Shown one piece after another: positions 36,498 to 47,870 of a stretch of DNA of 64,000 bases. Every line of letters starts with the position of its first letter. The stretch's first letter is position 1. Made by a program: the position numbers and the translations under genes. The DNA is from Dehalococcoidia bacterium (GTDB lineage: Bacteria > Chloroflexota > Dehalococcoidia > DSTF01 > WHTK01), in contig OZ252017.1 in the NCBI GenBank assembly GCA_965247485.1, positions 366,478 through 430,477 of the forward strand, written 5' to 3'. The notes beneath the pieces are model-generated. The model saw only the letters and a program-made list of their open reading frames with translations, searched no databases and was not told where the DNA came from.

Positions 36498-38450
36498 ATG
36501 GGTTCACGCTGGATGCGCAACAGTTTCGTTTACCTGCTTATCCTGGTCGCCGTCATTGCGATCGTGGTCATGTTCTTCCGCCCCTCCTCAGGAGCGGACT
36601 CTAAGCAGGACCTCAGTGCCGTTATTGCGGATGCGAAAGCCGGGTCGATAGAAAGGCTCGTCGTTTCTGGCAATGGGCTAAAAGTGACCCTTACAGACGG
36701 CTCGAGTTACAGCTCCCGCAAAGAAGAGGGCTCAAGCATCTTTACTGTCCTCGCGGACAACGGCGTTTCTCCGGCGACAACCGCGGGCACCGCAATCGAG
36801 ATAAAGGAGCCCAGCGCCTTCGGCAATTGGGTTGGCTTGCTGCTTCAAACTTTGCCAATTCTCATTTTCATCGGTCTGATCATTTTCATGATGCGCCAGG
36901 CCCAAGGATCGAACTCCCAGGCGATGAGCTTTGGCAAGAGCAAGGCCCGTCTGTTCACCACCAACAAACCCTCGGTGTCTTTCGTGGATGTCGCCGGCGT
37001 TGAAGAGGCGAAGGAAGAACTACAGGAAGTCGTCGAGTTCCTTAAGTACCCGGAAAAATTCGTCGCCCTTGGGGCACGAATACCGCGTGGCGTTCTGCTG
37101 GTCGGGCCTCCCGGTACTGGCAAAACCCTCCTCGCTCGGGCCGTTGCCGGTGAAGCGGGGGTTCCCTTCTTCTCAATCAGCGGCTCCGAGTTCGTCGAAA
37201 TGTTCGTTGGCGTTGGTGCGTCCCGCGTCCGTGACTTGTTTGACCAAGCCAAGCGAAATGCGCCCTGCATAATTTTCATCGATGAAATTGACGCGGTTGG
37301 CCGTCAGCGAGGTGCTGGCCTTGGCGGAAGCCACGATGAGCGTGAGCAAACCTTGAATCAGATCCTGGTCGAAATGGACGGATTCGAGACTAACACCAAC
37401 GTGATCGTCGTTGCAGCGACGAACCGGCCTGATATCCTCGACCCGGCTCTGCTTCGGCCCGGACGATTTGACCGCCAGGTCGTAATCGACGCCCCTGATG
37501 TCAAGGGCCGCGCGGCAATCCTTGAGGTTCACTCCAAAGGCAAGCCCATGGAAAAAGACGTTGAGCTAGATGTTTTGGCAAAGCGCACACCGGGATTTTC
37601 CGGCGCTGATTTAGCGAACCTCGTAAATGAAGCCGCTATCATGGCGGCTCGCTTCAACAAGAAGCGCATCAGCATGCCTGAATTCGACGAGGCAATTGAC
37701 AGAGTGACCATGGGCCCGGAGCGCAAGAGCCGTATCCGCAGCGCCCATGAGATCGAAATGGTGGCATTCCACGAATCCGGCCACGCTGTTGTCGCGTACA
37801 TGCTCGAAGACTTTGACCCGCTCTTTAAGATAACAATCGTCTCGCGCGGTATGGCCGGCGGCTACACGCTTGCCTTGCCGGATGAGGACCGGCACATCAA
37901 CACCAAGTCTTACCTCGAAAAACGTCTAGCGATGGCCCTGGGCGGTCAAGCCGCCGAAGAGATCATCTACGGCGAAATGTCCACCGGCCCAAGCGATGAC
38001 ATCAGCAAGGTCACAAAGCTGGCGCGAACCATGGTTACGCGCTACGGCATGAGCGACCAGCTTGGCCCGCGGACCTTTGGCCAGAAGGAAGAAATGGTGT
38101 TCCTCGGCCGCGAAATCTCCGAGCAACGCGACTACTCGGAAAAAATCGCCGAGGAAATTGATGATGAGGTCCGCGTGCTCATAGAAACCGCACAGGAAGT
38201 GGCCAGAAATATCCTCACTGAAAACCGCGCCAAATTGGACCAGTTGGCTCACAAGTTGCTAGAGGTGGAATCTCTTGAAGGCGAGGCTCTAATGGCCCTC
38301 ATGAGGGCGCCAAGCGATAAGGATCCTCCATTAGATCTGCCTTCTCGGACACCTCCTGCCCCGACAGTTCCAGTCGAGCCCGATCCTCAGCCCGAAGACG
38401 ATGCGCCGCGGCAGCGAAAACCGCGGCGGGGTCTCGCCTGGGGAAATTAA
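36498..38450 (+). CDS. ftsH: ATP-dependent zinc metalloprotease FtsH
   Basis: 2 [20 protein letters not shown]; TGCTATAAT extended -10 at 36423-36431. Confidence 0.98.
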   Translation: MGSRWMRNSFVYLLILVAVIAIVVMFFRPSSGADSKQDLSAVIADAKAGSIERLVVSGNGLKVTLTDGSSYSSRKEEGSSIFTVLADNGVSPATTAGTAIEIKEPSAFGNWVGLLLQTLPILIFIGLIIFMMRQAQGSNSQAMSFGKSKARLFTTNKPSVSFVDVAGVEEAKEELQEVVEFLKYPEKFVALGARIPRGVLLVGPPGTGKTLLARAVAGEAGVPFFSISGSEFVEMFVGVGASRVRDLFDQAKRNAPCIIFIDEIDAVGRQRGAGLGGSHDEREQTLNQILVEMDGFETNTNVIVVAATNRPDILDPALLRPGRFDRQVVIDAPDVKGRAAILEVHSKGKPMEKDVELDVLAKRTPGFSGADLANLVNEAAIMAARFNKKRISMPEFDEAIDRVTMGPERKSRIRSAHEIEMVAFHESGHAVVAYMLEDFDPLFKITIVSRGMAGGYTLALPDEDRHINTKSYLEKRLAMALGGQAAEEIIYGEMSTGPSDDISKVTKLARTMVTRYGMSDQLGPRTFGQKEEMVFLGREISEQRDYSEKIAEEIDDEVRVLIETAQEVARNILTENRAKLDQLAHKLLEVESLEGEALMALMRAPSDKDPPLDLPSRTPPAPTVPVEPDPQPEDDAPRQRKPRRGLAWGN

Positions 38451-38469
38451 CGCCGGCACAGTTTAGAAT

Positions 38470-38492
38470 GAGGGGAGCTTGAGGCTCCCCTC
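38470..38492 (+). terminator. Hairpin after ftsH
   Basis: GAGGGGAGC-N5-GCTCCCCTC, weak U tract. Confidence 0.55.
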
Positions 38493-38583
38493 GATCATGT
38501 CTGAGGCCTCAGGCCGGGCTGTAGGGCATATCTATTCCCGCGTGTGCCATTGATTTAGGCAAATTAGAACCGAGAGGCATTTG

Positions 38584-38691
38584 ATGAACAAAGCGAAAAG
38601 AGTGGCTTGGGAAAAGCACCGGCGCACGAAGAAGAAGCTACAAGAAAAGAATAAGGCAGCCAAGGCTGCACCTGCTGCCAAACCAAGCTGA
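38584..38691 (+). CDS. 35-aa highly basic small protein (MNKAKRVAWEKHRRTKKKLQEKNKAAKAAPAAKPS)
   Basis: GAGAGG RBS, Lys/Arg/Ala-rich protein-like composition; below the ORF-track cutoff. Confidence 0.7.
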   Translation: MNKAKRVAWEKHRRTKKKLQEKNKAAKAAPAAKPS

Positions 38692-38904
38692 GCCACGGAC
38701 CAAACATTTAATTGAGTGTTCAGTCAGTCAGACAGGACCACACGATCGCCAAGAATTCTTTTCAAATACCGATCGATTATCGTTTCCAAACGTAGCCCGG
38801 CATTACAATTGTCAAGACAATTCGGCTCACCAGCGTCTACGCAGGTGCTCCGCTTTTGCGCGATAAAAGGATCAATCCATTTCCTTGCTTAGACCGGTGC
38901 TAAT

Positions 38905-41793
38905 TTGCCTCTAGACGCGATAATCGTCCGCGGCGCCCGCGAGCATAACCTCAAGAACGTTGACGTGAGAATCCCGCGCGATCAGTTGGTCGTCGTGACC
39001 GGCCTGTCCGGCTCGGGAAAAAGTTCGCTTGCCTTTGACACAATCTATGCTGAAGGTCAGCGTCGTTATGTTGAGTCTCTATCCGCGTATGCTCGCCAGT
39101 TTCTCGGTCAAATGGAAAAGCCCGACGTTGATTACATCGAAGGTCTTTCGCCGGCTATTTCGATCGACCAGAAGGGCGCCAGCCGTAATCCACGCTCCAC
39201 GGTCGGCACTGTCACCGAGGTGTACGACTATCTGAGGCTGTTCTTCTCTCGAGCTGGCCGCCCTCACTGCCCCAACTGCGGCCGGCCTATCGAACAACAG
39301 ACGATTCAGAAAATCGTCGACTCGATCATCGATCTAGAGCCCGGAAAACGGCTTCTGATCCTTGCGCCAGTTATCGCAGATCGGAAAGGTGAACATCTGG
39401 GGGTCCTGGAAGATGCTCGGCGAGCCGGATTCGTACGTGTCCGCGTCAACGGCGAGGTTCGAGACCTCGAAGAATCAATTGAACTCGACAAGAACAAACG
39501 CCACACAATCGAGATTGTTGTTGACCGCCTGATAACTGAAGCAGAAGGCGAGGAGGGGTCGGCAGGCTCCAGCAGCCGCCTCGCAGATTCGGTTGAAACA
39601 GCGCTAAAACTCGGCAGCGGATTGATACGTGTCTCAATCGACGATGATCAGGAACGGCTCTACTCCGAACATCTCGCCTGTCTGCATTGCGATCTCTCAT
39701 TTGGCGACCTAGCGCCGCGAAACTTCAGCTTCAACAGCCCTCATGGCGCCTGTCCGGACTGCACCGGTCTGGGCGTAAAGATGGAGATAGACCCTGATCT
39801 GGTCTTGCCCAACAAGAACTTGAGCATTGCTGAGGGCGCCATTATTCCCTGGTCACGTTCGGCTTCCCATAGCGGATGGTATTACCGAATCATCGAAGCA
39901 GTCGCGCAAAAGCACGGCTTCGACCTCAAAGCTCCGGTCAAGGACTTGACCAAGGATCAGCTTCAAATCGTCCTCTACGGCGATCCGGATCCGGTTTCGG
40001 TTAGCTACAGGGGCTCCAGTGACAACTCACATCAGTGGGAGACCAAATTCGAAGGCGTAGTCACCAACATCGAGCGCCGCTACAAGGAGACCGACTCCGA
40101 CTACATTCGCAACGAGTTTGAGCGATACATGGCTTCAGTGCCCTGCCCCGCTTGTAAGGGTGCTCGCCTCAAGCCGGAGTCTCGTTCGGTGAAGATTGGC
40201 AGCAAAAACATCACCGAAACGACGGCTCTGAGCATCGTCGATGCGCAGGAATGGTTTGCTCATATCGGCTCGGCTGACACGCCCTTGAATCACCGGGAAC
40301 AAACAATCGCCTATCAGATCCTCAAGGAAATTCGGGCACGTCTTGATTTCCTGATCGAGGTCGGTCTGGATTATTTGACGCTTGACCGGGGAACGGCCAC
40401 GTTATCCGGAGGCGAAGCTCAACGCATTCGCTTGGCTTCCCAGATCGGCTCGGGATTAATGGGGGTTTTATATGTCTGTGATGAGCCGACCATCGGCCTG
40501 CATCCAGCCGACGACGCCCGTCTTATCCGCACCCTGGAACGGCTGAGGGACCTCGGCAACACCGTGCTGGTTGTAGAGCATGACGAGTCGATGATGCGCG
40601 CGGCTGACTACTTGATAGACATGGGTCCTGGTGCAGGTTCACACGGTGGTGAAATTGTCTCGGCGGGAGAACCAAGCCACGTAATGTCTGATCCAAACTC
40701 CATGACAGGGCGTTACCTCAGTGGGGCCAAGCTGATTCCAATTCCCTCCTCACGGCGGCCAGGCAGCGGTGAGTACGTTCAGATTAAAGGCGCTCGGGAA
40801 AACAATCTCAAGAATCTCGATGTCGAAATACCCCTCGGCAAGTTCGTTTGTATTACCGGCGTCTCCGGCTCCGGCAAGAGCACCCTGATCACCGATATCT
40901 TGCACAAGAAGACCGCTCAATTGCTCTACTCTGCCCGGGATCGGCCTGGTGAATGCGACGCGATTCTGGGGCTCGAACAACTCGACAAGGTCATCAACGT
41001 TGATCAGTCACCTATCGGGCGGACGCCGCGCTCCAATCCCGCAACCTACACCGGGCTTTTTACGCCGATCCGCGAGCTATTCGCCTCGGTTCCAGAAGCT
41101 CGGCTGCGCGGCTACAAGGCAGGCCGTTTCTCCTTCAACGTCAAAGGCGGCCGCTGCGAAGCCTGCCAAGGGGCCGGCTATATCGAAATTGAAATGCAAT
41201 TCTTGCCGGACGTTACGGTGCCCTGCGAAGTCTGCAAAGGCCAGCGATACAACCGCGAAGCGCTCGAGATCTTGTTCCGCGGAAAGACCATCGCGGAGGT
41301 CTTAGCAATGACGGTGGAAGAGGCGCTAGAGATGTTCGCCGCCTTTCCCAAAGTGCGCACGCGGCTAAAGACATTGATGGATGTTGGACTCGGCTACATC
41401 ACCTTGGGACAGCCAGCAACAACCGTCTCCGGCGGCGAGGCCCAGCGCATCAAGCTGTCCACGGAGCTATCGCGCCGGTCAACCGGCCGCACTCTATACA
41501 TCCTGGATGAGCCGACCACTGGCCTTTCTTTCGACGACGTAACCAACTTGCTGTCCGTTCTCCAGCGTTTGACTGACGGCGGCAACACAATAATCGTGAT
41601 CGAGCATCACGTCGATGTTTTGCTCAACGCCGACCACATCATCGACTTGGGGCCGTTAGGCGGCTTTAGGGGCGGTCATATTGTCACTCAGGGGACACCG
41701 GAAAAGGTCGCCAAGCACAAGAAAAGCCTCACTGGCTTCTACCTCCGCCAGGCCCTCGAGCGCCGAAGGTCGTTGGCAGCGGCTCGAAGTTGA
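38905..41793 (+). CDS. uvrA: Excinuclease ABC subunit A
   Basis: Two GxSGSGKS Walker A motifs, SGGEAQR signatures, zinc fingers. Confidence 0.98.
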   Translation: MPLDAIIVRGAREHNLKNVDVRIPRDQLVVVTGLSGSGKSSLAFDTIYAEGQRRYVESLSAYARQFLGQMEKPDVDYIEGLSPAISIDQKGASRNPRSTVGTVTEVYDYLRLFFSRAGRPHCPNCGRPIEQQTIQKIVDSIIDLEPGKRLLILAPVIADRKGEHLGVLEDARRAGFVRVRVNGEVRDLEESIELDKNKRHTIEIVVDRLITEAEGEEGSAGSSSRLADSVETALKLGSGLIRVSIDDDQERLYSEHLACLHCDLSFGDLAPRNFSFNSPHGACPDCTGLGVKMEIDPDLVLPNKNLSIAEGAIIPWSRSASHSGWYYRIIEAVAQKHGFDLKAPVKDLTKDQLQIVLYGDPDPVSVSYRGSSDNSHQWETKFEGVVTNIERRYKETDSDYIRNEFERYMASVPCPACKGARLKPESRSVKIGSKNITETTALSIVDAQEWFAHIGSADTPLNHREQTIAYQILKEIRARLDFLIEVGLDYLTLDRGTATLSGGEAQRIRLASQIGSGLMGVLYVCDEPTIGLHPADDARLIRTLERLRDLGNTVLVVEHDESMMRAADYLIDMGPGAGSHGGEIVSAGEPSHVMSDPNSMTGRYLSGAKLIPIPSSRRPGSGEYVQIKGARENNLKNLDVEIPLGKFVCITGVSGSGKSTLITDILHKKTAQLLYSARDRPGECDAILGLEQLDKVINVDQSPIGRTPRSNPATYTGLFTPIRELFASVPEARLRGYKAGRFSFNVKGGRCEACQGAGYIEIEMQFLPDVTVPCEVCKGQRYNREALEILFRGKTIAEVLAMTVEEALEMFAAFPKVRTRLKTLMDVGLGYITLGQPATTVSGGEAQRIKLSTELSRRSTGRTLYILDEPTTGLSFDDVTNLLSVLQRLTDGGNTIIVIEHHVDVLLNADHIIDLGPLGGFRGGHIVTQGTPEKVAKHKKSLTGFYLRQALERRRSLAAARS

Positions 41794-41794
41794 G

Positions 41795-43582
41795 ATGGCC
41801 GATCTAGCATCTCCTGACACAATACCCAGTGCCCTTGACTTGGCGGCTCGCGATTTTGCCGGCCACCTGGCGTACTTGGACTATAGCGGCGACGGCCAAA
41901 GGACTGTCACCTGGAGTGAGCTATCGCACCTGGCCCGTGAAGCAGCCGCCGGGCTGATTGCCGATGGACTAGGACGGGCTGATAGAGTGGCGATTTGCTG
42001 TGAAAACAGCATCGACTGGATCGTCGGCTACATGGCAACAACTTACGCCGGCGCCGTTGGAGTTCTGGTCTACTACGATCTCAAGCCGGAAGAGATCCGC
42101 CGCCAGGTCACCTGGGCCCAGTGTCGTTACCTTATGGCATCGAGGTCAGTCCTCGAAAAGCTCGATCCGGGGATTGATGGAGTTGAAAACGTCGTCGTCC
42201 TCAAGAGCGAAGGCCTGCAAGGAGCCACTGCCTTGGCAGACTTGTCAGCCAAAGCCACGACCTCTAGCCGGGACGAACTGGCGAGGCGTGGACCGGCAGC
42301 CAATGACCTCGCGGCGATAATTTATACGTCCGGCACCACGAGCGGAGCCAAGGGCGTGATGCTCACACACGACAACCTGATTTCAAATGCGCGCGGTGCC
42401 AAGCAGGCAATTCGTTTCAGTAGCAAGGACTCCACCCTGCTCGTCCTGCCTCTGCATCACGCCATGCCATTCCTTGCTGCCATCGTGTTGGTGGCGTTGG
42501 TAGGCGCTCCTGTTGTCATTGAGAACGATTTGCGGCGCATCCGTGACCGGCTCCAGGAACACCAACCGACGGTCTTTTTTGGCGTCCCAGCCCTTTTTGA
42601 AATCCTTTATCGGGGCATTCTGACGCGGGCAGAAGCTGAAGGCAGATTGGCCGCTCTCCGGAGGGCCCAACGCATCGTGCGGGTGGTAAAGCAGCTTACG
42701 GGTCTCAATCTCGGTCCATTGATCTTCAGGCCAATCCACAAGGCGCTCGGTGGCCGTATGCGCTTCTTGATGAGCGGAGGCGCCGCGCTCAATCCAGCAA
42801 CGGAAAGAGATTTCTTTAGCCTTGGCCTCCCTTTGTTACAGGGATGGGGAATGACTGAAGCATCCCCAGTGGTCAGTCTGCAGCGCTTTTCGCCTTGGCG
42901 TTTTCGCTTTACTCGATACTATGAGCAGCACATTGGCAGCGTGGGCCAACCCATAGCCGGCGTCGAATTAAAGCTAGCCGACCTGCCAGAAAAAGGGTTG
43001 CGCGTCGCCGACCAAGGCGAAGGCGAAGTGCTGGTTCGCGGGCCGGGAGTGTTTCACGGATATTGGAACGCAGAAGACCAGACCAATGAGGCAAAACGAG
43101 ACGGCTGGCTGCTCACCGGAGATCTCGGCCGCATCGAAAAGGACGGAAGCATTTATCTGACCGGGCGCAGCAAGTACATAATCGTGCTCGACTCGGGTGA
43201 AAAAGTGCATCCGGAGGAGCTCGAGGAGAAGTTGAGCCAGAGCGACCTGATTGAGGATGTATGCATTGTTGGCCGGCAGCAACGCGGGCGGACACAAGTG
43301 ACGGCCGTTCTTTATCCCAATGTCGAAGAAACCGCTCGGCGTTGCGCGGCAGATGGTCTGCCTGTCACTGAGCCGGCGCTTCGCGACCTTGTCACTCAGG
43401 ACGTGGCACGAATTTGCAAAGAGGCCGCGGCGTACAAGCGAGTTGGCCTAATAGAATTCAGCGACCAGCCGCTGCCCAAGACCGCACTGAGAAAAGTCGC
43501 GCGAGGCCAGATATCCGAGGATTATCAATTCTCATTCAGCCGCTGGCTTGAATCCGCCGAAACGCCTGATGGCGCACCATAG
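41795..43582 (+). CDS. Long-chain fatty acid--CoA ligase (AMP-binding)
   Basis: YTSGTT..AKG, GWGMTE, TGDLG, GEKVHPEE; ATG 41795. Confidence 0.88.
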   Translation: MADLASPDTIPSALDLAARDFAGHLAYLDYSGDGQRTVTWSELSHLAREAAAGLIADGLGRADRVAICCENSIDWIVGYMATTYAGAVGVLVYYDLKPEEIRRQVTWAQCRYLMASRSVLEKLDPGIDGVENVVVLKSEGLQGATALADLSAKATTSSRDELARRGPAANDLAAIIYTSGTTSGAKGVMLTHDNLISNARGAKQAIRFSSKDSTLLVLPLHHAMPFLAAIVLVALVGAPVVIENDLRRIRDRLQEHQPTVFFGVPALFEILYRGILTRAEAEGRLAALRRAQRIVRVVKQLTGLNLGPLIFRPIHKALGGRMRFLMSGGAALNPATERDFFSLGLPLLQGWGMTEASPVVSLQRFSPWRFRFTRYYEQHIGSVGQPIAGVELKLADLPEKGLRVADQGEGEVLVRGPGVFHGYWNAEDQTNEAKRDGWLLTGDLGRIEKDGSIYLTGRSKYIIVLDSGEKVHPEELEEKLSQSDLIEDVCIVGRQQRGRTQVTAVLYPNVEETARRCAADGLPVTEPALRDLVTQDVARICKEAAAYKRVGLIEFSDQPLPKTALRKVARGQISEDYQFSFSRWLESAETPDGAP

Positions 43583-43652
43583 CCTCCGGCGCCAAAACGT
43601 GCTCAGATATCGTGCTAACTTCAGCTTTGGTTTGCAACCTGGCTTTCTCAGT

Positions 43653-43692
43653 CAAAAAAGACGCCCTGGTGGGTACTCTCCAGAGTGTCTTC
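43653..43692 (-). terminator. Minus-strand intrinsic terminator
   Basis: AAGACACTCTGG...CCAGGGCGTC followed by TTTTTT on the minus strand. Confidence 0.6.
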
Positions 43693-44062
43693 CTATCACT
43701 TCCCCAACGCACTTCCGGCTCCAACCCAGCTAACACCACCGCAAATCAGCGTTACAATCGCTGCCTGAACCGTCCGCCCGTAAGTGGAACATCGTTCCTA
43801 GCCTGGTTCTTCACCTGTCGCGGTTCGGTAGCCTGGAGTCGGGTCAAGGCTCGCCTCATCAGCGCCAACCATTACGCCCCAACCACCTTCTCTTTCTTCT
43901 TCTGTCTTTACAGGAACCCCATCCCTCTACGTCTGTTTTACACCCAAGTGCGGCGGTCTGTCGTTGTCGATGGAGCTGAAATGCCTCTGCAATCTGGCCG
44001 GATTTGCCCCGCATAACCCATCGAGATTTGACACAAAGACGCTGCGAAGTACCATCCCAAGT

Positions 44063-45076
44063 ATGGAAGGTCCAGAAATTCTCTTTCGATACCGCGGCTA
44101 TGTTCAGGATGAAGTTGGCGAGTTTCTGGGAAAGGCCGATCAGCCCCTGGATGACCTTCTCCGCTACCAGCTAGGCTGGACCGAGGATGGAGTTCTAAAT
44201 CTCGGCAAATGCTTGCGACCAGCAATGTGTTTGTTGGCCTGCGAATCCCTCAATGGAGATCTCAATCACTGCATTCCGATAGCGGCCGGCATCGAAATGG
44301 TCCATAACTTCTCGCTTATTCACGACGACATTGAGGATGGTGACGAACTCCGGCATCACCGCTCGACTGTTTGGGCCCAATTTGGCCGCAATCCGGCAAT
44401 GCTCTCGGGCCTCGGCCTCTGGACCGTGGCGTACAAGATTATCGGACAAGCGTCCAATCGTGGAATGTCTGCAACGAAGCTCCTTGAAGTCAGAAGCATC
44501 CTAAACGAGACCTGCAGTGAAATTATCCAGGGGCAGGAACAAGACTTAAGCTTTGAAACTCGACGCGATGTTGCCTTGGCGGAATACATCGAAATGATCG
44601 GTCGCAAGAGCGCGGCCCTTTTCGGGACTTCGCTTCGTCTCGGCGCTCTCGTCGCTGGCGCAAGCTCCGAGGAGGCCGAACGCCTCGACTTATTTGGTCG
44701 TCAACTCGGTCTGGCCTTTCAAATTCGCGACGATATCCTCGGCATCTGGGGCGAAGGCAGTGCCACTGGTAAGCCGGTAGGTGCCGACATTATTCGTCGA
44801 AAAAAATCGCTGCCCGTGGTTCACGCCTTCGAGCAGGCTGTGGGGAGCGACCGGGACCTGTTACGGTCCGTCTATACCAAGGACGATGTCAGCGACGCGG
44901 ATGTGAACGACGTCCTCGAAGTCCTACAGAGATGGAACTGTCGCTACTTCGCTCAGGGTTTGGCCGAAGATTATCGGTCAACAGCGATGGATGCCCTGTC
45001 CAAGGCCCATATCGATGGTGAGGCCCGCCAGCGCTTTGACGAACTGATGGCCTTCATTCTGGAAAGAGACTACTAA
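44063..45076 (+). CDS. Short-chain polyprenyl (GGPP-type) synthase
   Basis: GKCLRP, FSLIHDDIED (FARM), GQ..D, FQIRDD (SARM); TTGACA-N16-TACCAT 7 nt before ATG. Confidence 0.9.
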   Translation: MEGPEILFRYRGYVQDEVGEFLGKADQPLDDLLRYQLGWTEDGVLNLGKCLRPAMCLLACESLNGDLNHCIPIAAGIEMVHNFSLIHDDIEDGDELRHHRSTVWAQFGRNPAMLSGLGLWTVAYKIIGQASNRGMSATKLLEVRSILNETCSEIIQGQEQDLSFETRRDVALAEYIEMIGRKSAALFGTSLRLGALVAGASSEEAERLDLFGRQLGLAFQIRDDILGIWGEGSATGKPVGADIIRRKKSLPVVHAFEQAVGSDRDLLRSVYTKDDVSDADVNDVLEVLQRWNCRYFAQGLAEDYRSTAMDALSKAHIDGEARQRFDELMAFILERDY

Positions 45077-45135
45077 GACTTTCCACAATGCCCCTCGCTA
45101 CTCGACGGCGCGAATCCGGTCGAGAATAAGATAAG

Positions 45136-45924
45136 GTGTTGAAATTTTTCAAAAAGACACAAACACAAAAGAGCAAGGCCTCATCCGCCTTGTTCCAGTC
45201 CTACCAGAAAGCTCTTTTCTGGCGCAGATTGATGCTCGCCGCCTTTTTTACTTTATTCGGCGCAACACTCCTCTGGGTAATACCCTGGTTCCCCTACGGC
45301 CTCTCTAAGGAAGATTACAACAGCAATATTTCCCTCCTAATCAGCCTAATGCTGCTCGCTACTACCGCGGCATTTGCCGCCATATATCTGCGCGAAACTA
45401 GCCGCCGTATAGAGCAATCCCTGGTCGTTTGGTCAAGCATGAGCGACGGCCTAAGCGATTGGAGCAGGAGGGAGTACTTCCTTGAACGGATCGTTCTCGA
45501 ATGCTCTAGGGCGCGCGCTGACCATGGATTCTTCGCAGTGATCTCATTGCGACTAAGCGTGCAGTTTGGCAGTGACAATGAGAATGTCCTTAAGTCAATG
45601 CGGGTTCTAGAGCGATTGGTTCCCGACTACGATTGCCTGTCCTCGCTGGGCCCACATGAAATCGGCGTTCTTGCGAGAGACCTCGAAGACCGAGAGATCA
45701 AGGAAATCGCACGGCGGCTCGTTCAGGCTGTGGTCGAGGGATTTTCCGATGATGAGTCTGGAGAAGTCGATGTACAGGCCGGCTGGGCGGTCTACGGAAA
45801 GGACGCCAGCGAGGCTGGCGCGCTGGTAGGAATTGCCAGGGAAAGGCTGATGCGAGAGCGGCAGACCAACACCACCGGATTGGCTGGATCTGAGGAAGCC
45901 GACGATTCCGCGTACGCCGCCTGA
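45136..45924 (+). CDS. Two-TM protein with degenerate GGDEF domain
   Basis: DGLSDWSRREYF, LGPHEIGVL in place of GGDEF, AGWAVY. Confidence 0.7.
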   Translation: MLKFFKKTQTQKSKASSALFQSYQKALFWRRLMLAAFFTLFGATLLWVIPWFPYGLSKEDYNSNISLLISLMLLATTAAFAAIYLRETSRRIEQSLVVWSSMSDGLSDWSRREYFLERIVLECSRARADHGFFAVISLRLSVQFGSDNENVLKSMRVLERLVPDYDCLSSLGPHEIGVLARDLEDREIKEIARRLVQAVVEGFSDDESGEVDVQAGWAVYGKDASEAGALVGIARERLMRERQTNTTGLAGSEEADDSAYAA

Positions 45925-45983
45925 CACATCGAGTGATCGCGTGTCACGACACTAGATGCTCTAACGACACCGACACACGGCCT

Positions 45984-46589
45984 CTAGGAAGTCTGCCACT
46001 GGCCGGCTTGGATGATATCCTTCCGGCTCTTTTGCCAAACTGCCTCTAGCATTTGCTCCATGCGATCAGTGAGGAGACTGCGTTTTCGCGTGTCCTGAGG
46101 GGTCATCAAGCGTTCAATACGTATATCTGCCCAACGCACGTGCCTCTCCTCGTCGCAAGCGATGCGATCTAACAATTCTCCCGCTCCCCGCTCAACAAAA
46201 GGCACTAACTGACCGATGCGGCGCATGGTGAACAGCTTGATTCCGCCATAGCAGGCAATTAGCTTGTAGAGGTCCCCTTCTTGGGCTCGGGCCAATTCAT
46301 ACGCTCTACTAACGAGGCTTTCGCGACGATCCGACGAAACACGACCGCCGAGTCGGATTATTTCTTCACCGATTAGGCGTAGATGACGTCTCTCATCCTC
46401 AAGATGTGATTTCAAACCGACCTTGAGGTCAGCATCACTTGAGTCTTCACGCCATTGGTCAAGAAATGTAACCCCTTCAATCTTCGTCTGCCACAATCGA
46501 TCAAGGACTTCGAGAACCGAGGATAATTCGTTTGCTTCTATTGTTATTCCCATCACATCCCTCAGCTTAAGAATCGGCAGCCGAATCAA
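45984..46589 (-). CDS. Ferritin-like four-helix-bundle protein
   Basis: Two ExxH motifs (DERRH, DEERH); start uncertain. Confidence 0.65.
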   Translation of the reverse strand: MIRLPILKLRDVMGITIEANELSSVLEVLDRLWQTKIEGVTFLDQWREDSSDADLKVGLKSHLEDERRHLRLIGEEIIRLGGRVSSDRRESLVSRAYELARAQEGDLYKLIACYGGIKLFTMRRIGQLVPFVERGAGELLDRIACDEERHVRWADIRIERLMTPQDTRKRSLLTDRMEQMLEAVWQKSRKDIIQAGQWQTS

Positions 46590-46655
46590 ATATCCGTTGT
46601 GCTTCGAATGGGAAATGTTGCAATCGGCAGGCGATTTGGCAGCTTGCGGGCGCTC

Positions 46656-47866
46656 TTAGGCCTCGTGACGTTTGCCGGAAATTCGCAATTGCTGAACCGG
46701 TGTCAGCTGCCGTTGAGGGGCCGCCCTCTCCTGCCGCTCCCGCTTGGACTGTTCCAGAGAAATCTCAGCCGCGGTGAGCAGCTCTTCGCGCGTTGCACCG
46801 TCTTCGGGATATGAAACGATCGCCGCCGAAGCTGAGACACGCAGCGGCTCGCGTGCCTCGTCGCCAAATAGGGATACGGCCGCGAGTTTATCGACGATTT
46901 GAGAAGTCAGCAAGGACGCTGCGGCCCGATTAGATTCCGGCAGTAGCACTACAAATTCATCGCCACCGTAACGCGCCACGACCTCAGGCATGGCTACCAA
47001 GCCAACCAGGGTCATTGCCACAGACCGAAGCAGCCGATCGCCGATCGAGTGCCATTGAACTGACTAAAGTCATCGATGTCGAAAAAAACCAGGGAAAAGT
47101 CTCGATTGTAGCGCCGGGCTCTCACCACCTCTTCTTCAAGCGACTCAAGAAAGTAACCGCGGCTGTGAGCCCATGTCACCGGATCGATGCCACCAAATCG
47201 CGTCGTTTCTTCGCCGGCCATCATGTCCTTCAGAGCCAGCGTGCAATGACCAGAGGCAAGTTCAAGTATTTCCAGGTCTGGTTCTTTGCCCGAAAAGACA
47301 AAGACGCATAGACCGAAAGCTTCCCCCTCCATTACAAGCGGAGCGACTGCGACTTGGGATATTTCAAGTCGATGACGGAGGTTTTCGCAGGTTTTTTGGC
47401 CTATTTCATCTTCGAGGACAGTCCGGAGGTCATCCGTTAAGGCCACTTCCCCGCTCTCGAGCACCTCCCGGCGCCAACTACGCAAAGGTATTGACAATTC
47501 CAATTCTGAAAGGTCCCGCTCGGCTGCCAGACACGCCTGCTCAAGGCCATAATCCTCGAGCGTGGCCAGGCACTGGGCACTGAGCATTTCGCGGCGGCGA
47601 TCCAGAAGCAAAGGAATGGTAACTACCGCTCCCGTGACCCGCGGTGAACGTTCCAGGAAAAGAGAAAGCATCTCTTCCAGCGTACCCGCGCTATGCAGGA
47701 AGAGGCTAAGAACGCTCAATTCGCGCAGGCGTTCGCCCTGTTCACGCAATGCCTCGCCACTGAGCTTGCTATCTCTGCGTTGTTCAACCCGGGTCGAATC
47801 TCGAAGGGTGTCCGGGTCAAGCCCCTTCGGGGATTTACGCGATGAAATGTTTGGAAGGAGTTTCAA
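46656..47866 (-). pseudogene. GAF-GGDEF diguanylate cyclase interrupted by a frameshift near 47047
   Basis: Frame 1 ends ...DIDDFSQFNGT; another frame continues IGDRLLRSVA...RYGGDEF; conserved HGH missing. Confidence 0.85.
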
Positions 47867-47870
47867 CGTC

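Noticed and set aside
38692-38904. LexA box upstream of uvrA
   Set aside because: No convincing GAAC-N4-GTTC match found by eye
43786-43798. GGAAC-ATC-GTTCC palindrome as an SOS box
   Set aside because: Spacer is 3 nt rather than 4 and it is not at an evident promoter
43612-44016. 134-aa plus-strand ORF and the N-terminal extension of the polyprenyl synthase from 43964
   Set aside because: No RBS or recognisable motif; a promoter directly before ATG 44063 better explains the start
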